Below are positions 29,905 through 38,795 of a stretch of DNA of 64,000 nt, piece by piece. Position 1 is the stretch's first letter; every line of letters starts with the position of its first letter. The DNA comes from Polyangiaceae bacterium (GTDB lineage Bacteria; Myxococcota_A; Polyangia; Polyangiales; Polyangiaceae): assembly GCA_965222375.1 (NCBI GenBank), contig CBDCTZ010000012.1, positions 320,001-384,000 on the forward strand. Direction: 5' to 3'. Under the pieces are notes generated by a model that was not told the DNA's origin, searched no databases, and worked only from the letters and a program-made list of their open reading frames with translations. Position numbers and translations under genes: made by a program.

Positions 29905-29984
29905 TGCATGGCAGCGTCGGACCGAGCCTGAGTCCCTGCTGTGGGACCTGGATTTGGACTGGATATTCGAGGAGCCACTGAGCG

Positions 29985-31241
29985 ATGAGATACCCCCTGG
30001 AGACCCCCGACATCATAGTCGGGCTCGACCTTGGAACGACCAAGGTTTCGGCGGTCGTGGGCGAAGTTGACGCGGATGGCATCACGGTGCTCGGAGTAGG
30101 CAACGTGCCCTGTCGCGGGCTGCGCAAGGGTGTTGTCAGCAATATCGAATGGACCGTGCGGAGCATTCGTGAGGCAATCGACGCTGCGCAGACCATGGCA
30201 GGCGTGGAGATTCGAACCGTCTACGCCGGAGTCGCCGGCAGTCACATCCGCAGCTTGATGAGCGACGGCGTCTGCGCGATCAGCGGTCGCGAGGTTACCC
30301 GAGCGGATTTGGAACGGGTCCTGGAAGGCGCTCGGGCAATTCCGGTGGATGCGGATCGGATGATCCTGCACGCGTTGCCGAGGGAGTACGTCGTCGACAA
30401 TCAAGACGGCATCCGCGATCCCATCGGCATGAGCGGAGTGCGCCTACAGGTTCGAGTGAACTTGGTGACCGCGGCGACCAGCTGCATCCAAAACGTCATT
30501 CGCTGTGTCGAGCGCTGTGGTCTCAGTGTTGCGGATGTGGTGCTGGAGCCTCTAGCCAGCGCAGACGCCGTTCTCTCCGAAGACGAAAAAGAAATCGGTG
30601 TTGCGGTCATCGACATCGGCGGTGGCACGACGGATCTGATTCTGTATGCCGATGGCGGCATCGCGCATACCTCGGTGATCCCCGCAGGCGGGAACAACAT
30701 CACGAGTGATGTTGCCGCGGGCCTGCGCACGCCTGTTGCTGAGGCTGAACGCCTCAAGCGCAACTACGGCTGCGCCTTGGGGCGCATGATCGCCGATGAC
30801 GAGGAAATCGAGGTCCCGGGCGTAGGTGGCCACTCGCCGCGCCGTGTTGCACGGCGGTTGCTTTCGGACATCATCGAGCCTCGGGTCGAAGAGATTTTCA
30901 GCGAGGCGCGCCGTCGCATCGAGGAGACAGGTTTGCTCGAACAGGTCAGTTCCGGGGCGGTGCTGACTGGGGGTGCGTCGCTGATGGAGGGCATGAACGA
31001 GTGCGCGGAGGAGATCCTCGGCATGCCGGTGCGTCTCGGCTTCCCGGTGGGCGTCAAGGGCATCGTGCAATTGGTGCAAGGCCCTCAGTATGCCACGGGC
31101 GTTGGGCTGGTGCGTTACGGCGCGCAGCACCTTGCGGAAGCATACCACCGCGGTGAGGCGCCGCGAATACCAGTGTCGGAAGAGCCGGAAGTGGCACAGC
31201 GGAAGAATGGTTTTTGGGGTTGGCTACGCGCAGCGTTTTGA
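29985..31241 (+). CDS. ftsA: Cell division protein FtsA
   Basis: GLDLGTTK, DIGGGTTD, LTGG and a C-terminal amphipathic helix FWGWLRAAF. Confidence 0.97.
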   Translation: MRYPLETPDIIVGLDLGTTKVSAVVGEVDADGITVLGVGNVPCRGLRKGVVSNIEWTVRSIREAIDAAQTMAGVEIRTVYAGVAGSHIRSLMSDGVCAISGREVTRADLERVLEGARAIPVDADRMILHALPREYVVDNQDGIRDPIGMSGVRLQVRVNLVTAATSCIQNVIRCVERCGLSVADVVLEPLASADAVLSEDEKEIGVAVIDIGGGTTDLILYADGGIAHTSVIPAGGNNITSDVAAGLRTPVAEAERLKRNYGCALGRMIADDEEIEVPGVGGHSPRRVARRLLSDIIEPRVEEIFSEARRRIEETGLLEQVSSGAVLTGGASLMEGMNECAEEILGMPVRLGFPVGVKGIVQLVQGPQYATGVGLVRYGAQHLAEAYHRGEAPRIPVSEEPEVAQRKNGFWGWLRAAF

Positions 31242-31389
31242 GGTCAGCACCGAATTTGGAGTTTTTTGAAGGAATAACGGAACAAGGACCAACGGACCGA
31301 TCACGCCCAATAGGGAAGAGGCAGCCCCGGGAGCGATCAGAATAGCGAAGGCGAACGCCTTCGAGCGGAGTACGGGAGGAAAGACGAAA

Positions 31390-32661
31390 ATGAGCTTCTC
31401 GATCGAGTTTGCGGACGAGTCGCAGCAATACCAAGCACGAATCAAAGTGGTTGGTGTCGGCGGCTCTGGCGGCAACGCCGTCAACACCATGATTCACTTC
31501 GGCCTCGAAGGGGTCGAATTCATCAGCGTCAACACGGACGCCCAGGCGCTCAACGGCAATCTGGCGCCGGTCAAGATCCCGATCGGTCAGGACCTGACTC
31601 GGGGGCTAGGCGCTGGCGCGGATCCCGAGCGCGGCCGGAAGGCGGCTCTGGAGGACGTGCAGCGCATCAAAGAGGCCATCACCGGCGCTGACATGGTTTT
31701 CGTCACCGCCGGAATGGGCGGTGGCACGGGAACCGGTGCGGCACCTATCATTGCCCAGTTGGCCCGGGAAGAAGGCGCACTGGCGGTGGGCGTGGTCACC
31801 AAGCCTTTCGTTTTCGAAGGCAAGAAGCGTGGCAAGCAAGCCGACCACGGGCTGACCCAACTCAATGAGCATGTGGACACGCTGATCACCATCCCCAACG
31901 AAAAACTCCTCAGTCTCGCCGACGACGAGTTGACGTTCATGGAGGCGTTCCGCAAGGCAGATGAGGTCTTGTTTCAGGCGGTCAAGGGCATCAGTGATCT
32001 GATCACCTTGGATGGCATCGTCAACGTGGACTTCGCGGACGTTCGCACCGTGATGAGCGGCATGGGCCGCGCATTGATGGGTACGGGCTGCGCCAAGGGC
32101 GAAGGTCGCGCGCGCTTGGCATCGGAGCACGCCATCACATCGCCCCTTCTAGACAACATCAGTGTCGAAGGCGCGACGGGTGTTCTTTTGAACGTGGTCG
32201 GTGGCCCCGACATGAAGATGAAGGAAATCCAGGAGGCAGCGACGCTGATCCAGGAGCAAGCTCACGAGGACGCCAACATCATCTTTGGTGCGAGCATCGA
32301 CGACACCATGGGTGACGCTGTCAAAGTGACTGTGATTGCGACGGGCTTCGACCAAGCTGAAGAAGAGATTCACGTCGAGGTTCACGAAGAAGCACCGCGG
32401 CCAGCTTCGCGAATCGAGCGCAAGGACGCACTGCGGGAGGGGTTCTCCTCTTCCGCGCCGCCGTCCCGGGCGCCCGCGACGAGTCGAAGTGAGCCCTCAG
32501 TTGCTTTCGCTTCGGCGCCGCGACGTTCCGCTGCGGTGGCCGCAAGCCTCCAAGCACCGTCGAGCGGTCTGCCCGTTCGTGAGCGCATCACGTTCCCGTC
32601 CAGCCTCGATCACGAGGACTGGGACACCCCGGCGTTTCAGCGTCGGGGTAGCGGCGGCTGA
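31390..32661 (+). CDS. ftsZ: Cell division protein FtsZ
   Basis: GGGTGTG tubulin signature, NVDFAD and the C-terminal core peptide [10 protein letters not shown]. Confidence 0.98.
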   Translation: MSFSIEFADESQQYQARIKVVGVGGSGGNAVNTMIHFGLEGVEFISVNTDAQALNGNLAPVKIPIGQDLTRGLGAGADPERGRKAALEDVQRIKEAITGADMVFVTAGMGGGTGTGAAPIIAQLAREEGALAVGVVTKPFVFEGKKRGKQADHGLTQLNEHVDTLITIPNEKLLSLADDELTFMEAFRKADEVLFQAVKGISDLITLDGIVNVDFADVRTVMSGMGRALMGTGCAKGEGRARLASEHAITSPLLDNISVEGATGVLLNVVGGPDMKMKEIQEAATLIQEQAHEDANIIFGASIDDTMGDAVKVTVIATGFDQAEEEIHVEVHEEAPRPASRIERKDALREGFSSSAPPSRAPATSRSEPSVAFASAPRRSAAVAASLQAPSSGLPVRERITFPSSLDHEDWDTPAFQRRGSGG

Positions 32662-32727
32662 GCCGCCCTCCGGCGCCTGGGCTCCTGGGCGCCGCCTCGC
32701 GTTCCCTCCTACGTTCCGTTGGTATGT

Positions 32728-32770
32728 GCGCGTCCCCCGCTTTAGTCCGAGCGGGGGGCGCGTTTTTTCT
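32728..32770 (+). terminator. Intrinsic terminator after ftsZ
   Basis: 14-bp stem GCGCGTCCCCCGCT/AGCGGGGGGCGCGT (two G-U pairs), 8-nt loop, followed by TTTTTCT. Confidence 0.85.
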
Positions 32771-32898
32771 GGCGTAGGCGCGATCTGGTTTTCAGTCTCG
32801 TCGGAAATTTGAAGTGTAGGTTTGTTACGTACAGATAACTACAATGTAGGATACAGACCGACGTGTAGGTGATATCAATCAGGGCAGCTGGAGGTCCC

Positions 32899-34326
32899 AT
32901 GAAATATGTCAGCTCCGTTGTCGTCTGTGTCGTGCTTGCGGCGGGTTGCGCTGCCGAGTCGTCGCCCGAGCCATCGGGGGTGTGTGGGCAGACCGCGCCG
33001 TGTGCCGGCGTCTCGCCAGACGGCAATGAGGACATCGACGTCGACGGTCTTTCCGTCGATGGGCTCAATGGCGGCAAGGCAGACGCGGTGGATCGGGTCC
33101 AGCGCGCGGTAGCCGACGCGACGGCAGATGGCGAACTCGATGAAGCGGACATCGCCGCGATCTTCGAGTCCGCTGGCAACCGCGTGAGCGCAGATGAGAT
33201 GAACGTCATTCGTATGGCTCTAGGCGAGGACGCCAAGTTCACGGTCACTCCGGAGGCGGGCGCGAAGGGGCGCGTGCTTGCGCGCACCCATGGCCTGCCG
33301 GCGGTCGAGATCGAGGTCATCCAATCCGGTCAGAGCTTCGGTGGGAGTGAAGTTCCTCCGGCCGTCAACGAACTAGCAACCCGCGCCCGGCTGTTCGGCG
33401 CAGTGGCCTACGACGTGCGCGAGGTTGACGACGACGGTGACCAGGTCTGGACCCACTACCCGTCCCTCAGCCCCGCAGTGGGCAACATGGCCTGGAGCTA
33501 CACCGAAATCACACCATTCGTCCTGGAATCGGACCGCGACGATGCAACGCTGCAATTCCTACAGGTCGTCGGCTACGACACCACGAGCAGCGGCGCCAAA
33601 CGCCCGCGCTACGAGACCCGCACCGGGGGAACCGGCAACATCAGCGCTCACTATGACGAGTCGTATCATCCGCAACTGATGGCTCGTGGCCAGTCGGGAC
33701 AGAAGTGGGCGAGTAATTGCGGGATCTTGTCGGATGGCACGGTGCACTGCCTGCCCGCAGTGCGGCGCGACATCAATCAGCGCGTGATTCTCACCAATCC
33801 GGCTCTGGCCCGAGGCCGCCGCCTCATGTATCACGGGCACATATCCGCCAAGGCCGGCGAGATCACCGATGTCGAGCTATCGGGGATCCCGAGCAAACTC
33901 ACTGCGCGTGGCAAGGTCGTTTTGATCGACCCTCTCAGCTTGCTGCAGGCCTGGGGTTTCCAGGTTCGCGACGGGCTGCAAGTACGCTGGGGCAATACGT
34001 CGGACGGAGTCCCATACCGCGATGCCTGGGCGGGCGTGTTGCGTGAGAAGCGCACCCTCGACACCCAGTGCGAAACCATCTGTGGCCTCAAGGCATCCGC
34101 TGCCTGCAACGCTGACGCGAGCCTCGCCACATGTGTGGGAATGTGTGCACACGACGATTCCGACGCCGCGACTCGGAAGGGCTGTGCTGGACCGTACGAG
34201 CGCCTGGCGGAGTGTCACGCAGCACTCACGGCGTCATCGTTCGTTTGTGTCGACGACGCGGCTCAGCCAGACGCGACGTCGTGCACGACCGAGGCCGACG
34301 AGCTTTCGAGTTGCCTGAATCCTTGA
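32899..34326 (+). CDS. Hypothetical lipoprotein with C-terminal Cys-rich domain
   Basis: GGAGG then ATG 32899, lipobox AAGC. Acidic N-terminal region with GGKAD, globular middle region and 9 Cys in the last ~85 aa. Confidence 0.8.
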   Translation: MKYVSSVVVCVVLAAGCAAESSPEPSGVCGQTAPCAGVSPDGNEDIDVDGLSVDGLNGGKADAVDRVQRAVADATADGELDEADIAAIFESAGNRVSADEMNVIRMALGEDAKFTVTPEAGAKGRVLARTHGLPAVEIEVIQSGQSFGGSEVPPAVNELATRARLFGAVAYDVREVDDDGDQVWTHYPSLSPAVGNMAWSYTEITPFVLESDRDDATLQFLQVVGYDTTSSGAKRPRYETRTGGTGNISAHYDESYHPQLMARGQSGQKWASNCGILSDGTVHCLPAVRRDINQRVILTNPALARGRRLMYHGHISAKAGEITDVELSGIPSKLTARGKVVLIDPLSLLQAWGFQVRDGLQVRWGNTSDGVPYRDAWAGVLREKRTLDTQCETICGLKASAACNADASLATCVGMCAHDDSDAATRKGCAGPYERLAECHAALTASSFVCVDDAAQPDATSCTTEADELSSCLNP

Positions 34327-34383
34327 ATCGCGGCACATTCAGCTGCGCGGCGGCGCCACATGAGGCATGATTGTGTTGGAGGT

Positions 34384-35043
34384 ATGAGGATGCGGGCTTT
34401 CTCTTGGGCGAGTGTGTGCGCGGTCGGCTTGTTGACGATTGGCTGTGGCGGTGACGACGGAACCGTGGGCGGCGCGGGTGGCGCTGCGGGTGCCGGCAAC
34501 GCGGGTGCGACGGGTGGCTTCGGCAACTTCGGTGGAACCGCGGGGAGCGCGGGAACGGCGGGCTCCGGCAACACTGGCAATACTGGCGGCTTTGCAGGTG
34601 CCGCTGGCGGCACTGCGGGAAGCGCAGGAACCTCCGGAAGCGCTGGCGTCGGAACGGGTGGTGCGGGCACGGGTGGTGCGGGCACGGGTGGTGCGGGCAC
34701 GGGTGGTGCGGGCACCGGCGGTGCGGGCACGGGTGGTGCGGGCACAGGTGGCGCTGGAACCGGCGGAGCGACAGGTGGCCCTTGCGCCGGGATCCAAACC
34801 GGCTTCCCGCCGGTGTGTGAGGCCTGCCTCAAGCAGCAGTGTTGCCCCGAAGTCAAGGCGTGCGACGACAGCCCAGCGTGCAAGAACCTCGTACAATGCC
34901 TGCAGCAGAATTGTGCGAACGCGCCCAACCTTGTCACATGTGCCATTCAGAACTGCTTCCAGTTCTTGAGTGGACAGACGTTGGCTACCGCCGCGCAAAC
35001 CTGCCAAGAGAACAAGTGCCCAACCCAGTGCACTTCGCTCTAG
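34384..35043 (+). CDS. Gly-rich linker lipoprotein with C-terminal Cys-rich domain
   Basis: GGAGG before ATG 34384/34390, lipobox TIGC, GGAGT repeats and CEACLKQQCC…C. Confidence 0.8.
   Translation: MRMRAFSWASVCAVGLLTIGCGGDDGTVGGAGGAAGAGNAGATGGFGNFGGTAGSAGTAGSGNTGNTGGFAGAAGGTAGSAGTSGSAGVGTGGAGTGGAGTGGAGTGGAGTGGAGTGGAGTGGAGTGGATGGPCAGIQTGFPPVCEACLKQQCCPEVKACDDSPACKNLVQCLQQNCANAPNLVTCAIQNCFQFLSGQTLATAAQTCQENKCPTQCTSL
34654..34770 (+). repeat. In-frame 15-bp tandem repeat (ACGGGTGGTGCGGGC; encodes TGGAG)
   Basis: About 8 units, five identical (34654, 34669, 34684, 34699, 34729) and the rest degenerate. Confidence 0.9.
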
Positions 35044-35141
35044 CGGCGTGCTGCGATCGGTATTGATAGAGCAGAAGTTCGAGGTCTGCTGCCGCGGGCT
35101 CTGCTCAACTCGTGCCCGGGTGTCGCGTCGCTAAACCGTGA

Positions 35142-37385
35142 CTAGGTGTTGCTGTGCTCAGCGCCCGCCAGGGCCGTGGCGACCACGTCTTTGAGTTCCT
35201 GGGGAGTGAAAGGCTTTTGCACGAAAGGCCCGCCCCCGAAAGCCACTTCCTCCTCCGGCACGTAGCCGGACATGAACGCCACGCGCAGGCCGGGCTCGGC
35301 CCTCAGCATGGCTCGGGCCAGCTCGGGCCCACTCTCGCCGGGCATCATCACGTCCGTGACCATGACTTGGATCTGGTGCTCGGTGAAGCGCTGGCGGGCT
35401 TCTTCCGCGCTGGCAGCGGAGACCACGTCGTAGCCGGCTTTCTTCAGGATGCGGACGGCTGTGCGCCGCACGGTGGCTTCGTCCTCCACGACCAAAACCT
35501 TGGCGCCCCTCTGCGCCTTCGGGGATTCGACGGCGGACATCGGCGTCGTACGCGCCGGCGCAGCGGTGGCTGGGAGCCAGACCTCCACTGTGGTGCCAGC
35601 GCCCATCTGCGACTGCAGTACGACCCGCCCGCCACTTTGTCTCGCGATGGTGCGAACCGTGGACAGCCCCAGTCCCGTGCCGCGGCCCGGCGCTTTCGTC
35701 GTGAAGAAAGGAGTGAATGCCCGCTCCAGGGTCTCTTCGGTCATACCCTGCCCCGTGTCCGTGACCCGGAGCTGCACGTAGGGGCCCGGACGGAGACGAC
35801 CCACCGTTTCCTCGGCGTCGAGGTCGACGCATCGGGTTTCAATTTCGATGGTTCCGCCGCGCGGCATGGCGTCTCGCGCATTCAGCACCAGATTGAGCAC
35901 GATTTGTTCGAGCTGAGACTGATCCGCAAACACGAGCGCGGGTTCGTCGCTGCTGACGATGTTCAGCGCCACTGTTTCCTCGACAATGCGGCGTAGCCAG
36001 GATGTGAGCTGCTCGACTACACCGCGCAGGTCCAGCACTTCGAGTTCGACGGCCTGACGGCGTCCGAAAGACATCAAGCGTTGGGTCAGGGCGGCGCCCC
36101 GCTCGGCCCCGGCTTTGATCTCGTCGACCAGATTTCGGCCGGGGTGCTCGCTGCCTAGCTCCTCGGATAGCATGCTTGCGGCGCCCAACACGCTCGTAAG
36201 TACGTTGGAGAAGTCATGGGCCACGCCGGCTGCCAGTAGCCCCACGGCCTCCAACTTCTGCGCCTGCATGAGGTCGGCCTCAAGCTGTTTGCGTTCGCTC
36301 ACATCTCGGGCAGCGCTCAGCACGACGTTGCGTCCATCGTAGACCAACGACGCCGCATTGGCTTCAAAGTGTATTAGGGCGCCGTCCTTGCGGCGGTGGA
36401 CCACCTCGTACCCTGTGCTCGTGGCAGCGTCCTGATTGCGAAGGTCGGTCATGCTCGGACGCGTTCCCGTCGAGAACTCCGCCAAAGAGCTGCCGACAAG
36501 TTCCTCTCGAGTCATCCCGTACAGCTCACAGGCTCGCCGGTTGGCCTCGAGCACCACTTCGGTTTCCGCGTCGAAGAGCAACACCGCGTCGTGCAAGTGT
36601 TGAAGTAGGTACTCGTGGTCGCGCAACGTGCGTCGCTGCTTGGTTTGATCGATCGTGACGCCCAGGCTGCCGTAGACGTAGCCGGTCTCGTCCCGCATCG
36701 GCACGGTCCAGATTTCCACGGGAATGAGCCCGCCGTCCTTGTGAGCGCGTTTGGTGTCGAGTCCACGAATGGTCTCGCCAGCGACGGTGCGCTCCAGCAC
36801 ATGTCGATGTTGTTCTTGCAGTTGCCCGGGAGCGAGAGGGAAGGGGTTGCCCAAGACCTCGTGGGCCTGCCAGCCGAAGAGCTGCTCCGCGGCTCGGTTC
36901 CACAACAAGACGCGACCCTCGGCGTCCAGCACACTGATACCCAGGGGAAAACCGCTGAGCGCAGCTCGCAGCGTGCGCACGGATTGCTCTACCGCTACCC
37001 ATTCTGTGATGTCGCGTATGGTCGACTGGGTGCCAACCAGCTTGCCTTGCTCCTGGACCTCGCGGACGGTGACTTCAGCCCAGAAGCGCTGTCCGCCCTT
37101 CTTGACCCCACGATAGCGGAACTGAGACGGAGGAGTTTCGCCTCGCATGCGTTGTTCGTGACGGGCACGGAGTTCGTCGTGGAATTCGGTGTCGACGTAG
37201 TCTTCCAGTTCCAAGCCGGCGAGCACATCGTCCGTGCTGACCTCGAACATGTCGAGGAACGCCTGATTCGCGTACACGACGCGCCCCGCAATGTCGTCGA
37301 CCATCACTGCTTGGGAGACGCGATCGAGCACTGCCTTCAAGCTCAGCTTGAGGGTTGCGGGAAACTCACGCGCGTTTTCGGACAT
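35142..37385 (-). CDS. Hybrid sensor histidine kinase/response regulator with three PAS domains
   Basis: Three PAS-like repeats, H-box AHDFSN, NARDAM, DTGQGM, FFTTK, GTGLGL and receiver DVMMPGESG. Start trimmed to ATG 37385. Confidence 0.92.
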   Translation of the reverse strand: MSENAREFPATLKLSLKAVLDRVSQAVMVDDIAGRVVYANQAFLDMFEVSTDDVLAGLELEDYVDTEFHDELRARHEQRMRGETPPSQFRYRGVKKGGQRFWAEVTVREVQEQGKLVGTQSTIRDITEWVAVEQSVRTLRAALSGFPLGISVLDAEGRVLLWNRAAEQLFGWQAHEVLGNPFPLAPGQLQEQHRHVLERTVAGETIRGLDTKRAHKDGGLIPVEIWTVPMRDETGYVYGSLGVTIDQTKQRRTLRDHEYLLQHLHDAVLLFDAETEVVLEANRRACELYGMTREELVGSSLAEFSTGTRPSMTDLRNQDAATSTGYEVVHRRKDGALIHFEANAASLVYDGRNVVLSAARDVSERKQLEADLMQAQKLEAVGLLAAGVAHDFSNVLTSVLGAASMLSEELGSEHPGRNLVDEIKAGAERGAALTQRLMSFGRRQAVELEVLDLRGVVEQLTSWLRRIVEETVALNIVSSDEPALVFADQSQLEQIVLNLVLNARDAMPRGGTIEIETRCVDLDAEETVGRLRPGPYVQLRVTDTGQGMTEETLERAFTPFFTTKAPGRGTGLGLSTVRTIARQSGGRVVLQSQMGAGTTVEVWLPATAAPARTTPMSAVESPKAQRGAKVLVVEDEATVRRTAVRILKKAGYDVVSAASAEEARQRFTEHQIQVMVTDVMMPGESGPELARAMLRAEPGLRVAFMSGYVPEEEVAFGGGPFVQKPFTPQELKDVVATALAGAEHSNT

Positions 37386-37493
37386 GGGGCGTAAAGAGCA
37401 GGGGTCTACGATACCGAACGACCTCCAGGCGCCAATTGTGAATCGTCTTGGCCGGCCCTTGTCCCAAGGCGACGCGTCCCCTATGTAGGCGCT

Positions 37494-38654
37494 GTGACTA
37501 CCTGGTCGCCTTTGGAGCCCGCTGCGGTTCGGCCGCGCTATCGAGCGTTTCTGGTCGACGGCCGCTGCTATCTCACGGGACACTCTCACCAAGCATGGCC
37601 GGACGTGGCTCGAGAGGGACTGCTCGAGAGCTTCGATGACGCGGCGCAGCACAAGGATGACAAGTGGAGCTACGCCATGGCTCGGGCCCAGCGCGTACGT
37701 GAGGGCATCGTGGAGCGCATTGGGGGCGATGCTGACGAATTCGCTCTCGGCGCCAACACCCACGAGCTAGTGGTGCGGCTACTCAGTGCTTTGGACCTAT
37801 CGACGCGGCGTCACCTCGTGACCACGAGCGGCGAATTCCACAGCCTCTCCCGCCAGCTGCGCCGACTATCCGAAGCTGGCATCGAGGTTACGGTCGTAGA
37901 TGCACAGCCCGTGGCCACCCTCGCTGAGCGCTTGCTAGCTGCATTTCGAGACGACACAGCCGCGGTCCTGTGCTCGACCGTGTTGTTCCAGACCGCGACG
38001 TTGGTTCCGGGCCTATCTGAGCTGGCGCGCGCAGCGGAGGCTCGTGAGGTCGTCGCCCTGCTCGACATTTATCACGCCTTCAACGTAGTGCCCCTTTCAC
38101 TATCTGACTTTCCGCCGTCGGTGTTCGTGACGGGTGGTGGCTACAAGTACGCGCAGTGGGGCGAGGGAGTCTGCTTTCTGCGTGTCCCGGCCAGCTCCGC
38201 ACTGCGCCCCGTGTATACTGGGTGGTTCGCCGACTTCGAAAACTTGGACGCAGCCCAGGGTTCGCAAGTCGGTTACGGAGAACGTGGCGCGGATCGCTTC
38301 GCTGGGAGTACCTATGACCCCGCCAGTCACTACCGGGCTTGTCGCGTGATCGACATGTTCCGAGAGCAAGACTGGAACGTCGACGCACTGCGCAAACTTT
38401 CCATCAGGCAAACCAGCAGGTTGATCGATGGATTGGACGGCTTCGAATTGATGACTCCGCGAGACCCTGGGGCTAGAGGCGGTTTCGTTGCGCTTCGGCG
38501 CCCCGACGCTCTGGCACTGGTGGGGGAGCTTCGGAAACGTGGGGTATTTGTCGACGCTCGCGCGGACACGCTTCGCCTGGGGCCAGCGCCCTACGTGACG
38601 GACGACGAGATTGACAGAGCATTGTTCGAGCTTCGTCGGCTGTGCAGAGTTTGA
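37494..38654 (+). CDS. kynU: Kynureninase-like PLP-dependent class V enzyme
   Basis: YLTGHS, DIYH, PLP-Lys motif GGYKY, YTGWF, RGGF and DAR…LRLGPAPY. Confidence 0.75.
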   Translation: MTTWSPLEPAAVRPRYRAFLVDGRCYLTGHSHQAWPDVAREGLLESFDDAAQHKDDKWSYAMARAQRVREGIVERIGGDADEFALGANTHELVVRLLSALDLSTRRHLVTTSGEFHSLSRQLRRLSEAGIEVTVVDAQPVATLAERLLAAFRDDTAAVLCSTVLFQTATLVPGLSELARAAEAREVVALLDIYHAFNVVPLSLSDFPPSVFVTGGGYKYAQWGEGVCFLRVPASSALRPVYTGWFADFENLDAAQGSQVGYGERGADRFAGSTYDPASHYRACRVIDMFREQDWNVDALRKLSIRQTSRLIDGLDGFELMTPRDPGARGGFVALRRPDALALVGELRKRGVFVDARADTLRLGPAPYVTDDEIDRALFELRRLCRV

Positions 38655-38742
38655 GCCGAGCTGTGGCAAATCCGCGACAGGTGCTGACAAGATTGTCGCT
38701 CCAGTCGCACGACCTTCGAAGTTTTGTGGGGCAGGCGGCGGC

Positions 38743-38758
38743 TGGCAAGGGTATTGCT
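38743..38758 (+). promoter_or_regulatory. Candidate sigma54 promoter of the di-haem cytochrome operon
   Basis: TGGCAAGGGTATTGCT, 11/12 match. Upstream dyads TGTGGC-N6-GCGACA (38662-38679) and GACAA-GA-TTGTC (38686-38697). Confidence 0.7.
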
Positions 38759-38795
38759 AAGCAGTGCGAGCCACGAAGGCGGTAGGAGGGTGCGG

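Noticed and set aside
34331..34346. sigma54-like CGGCACATTCAGCTGC before the Gly-rich lipoprotein
   Set aside because: The GG-to-GC spacing is 11 rather than the required 10.
37386..37763. N-terminal extension of the hybrid kinase ORF to 37763
   Set aside because: It overlaps the divergent kynureninase-like gene. PAS-like sequence begins only after the Met at 37385.
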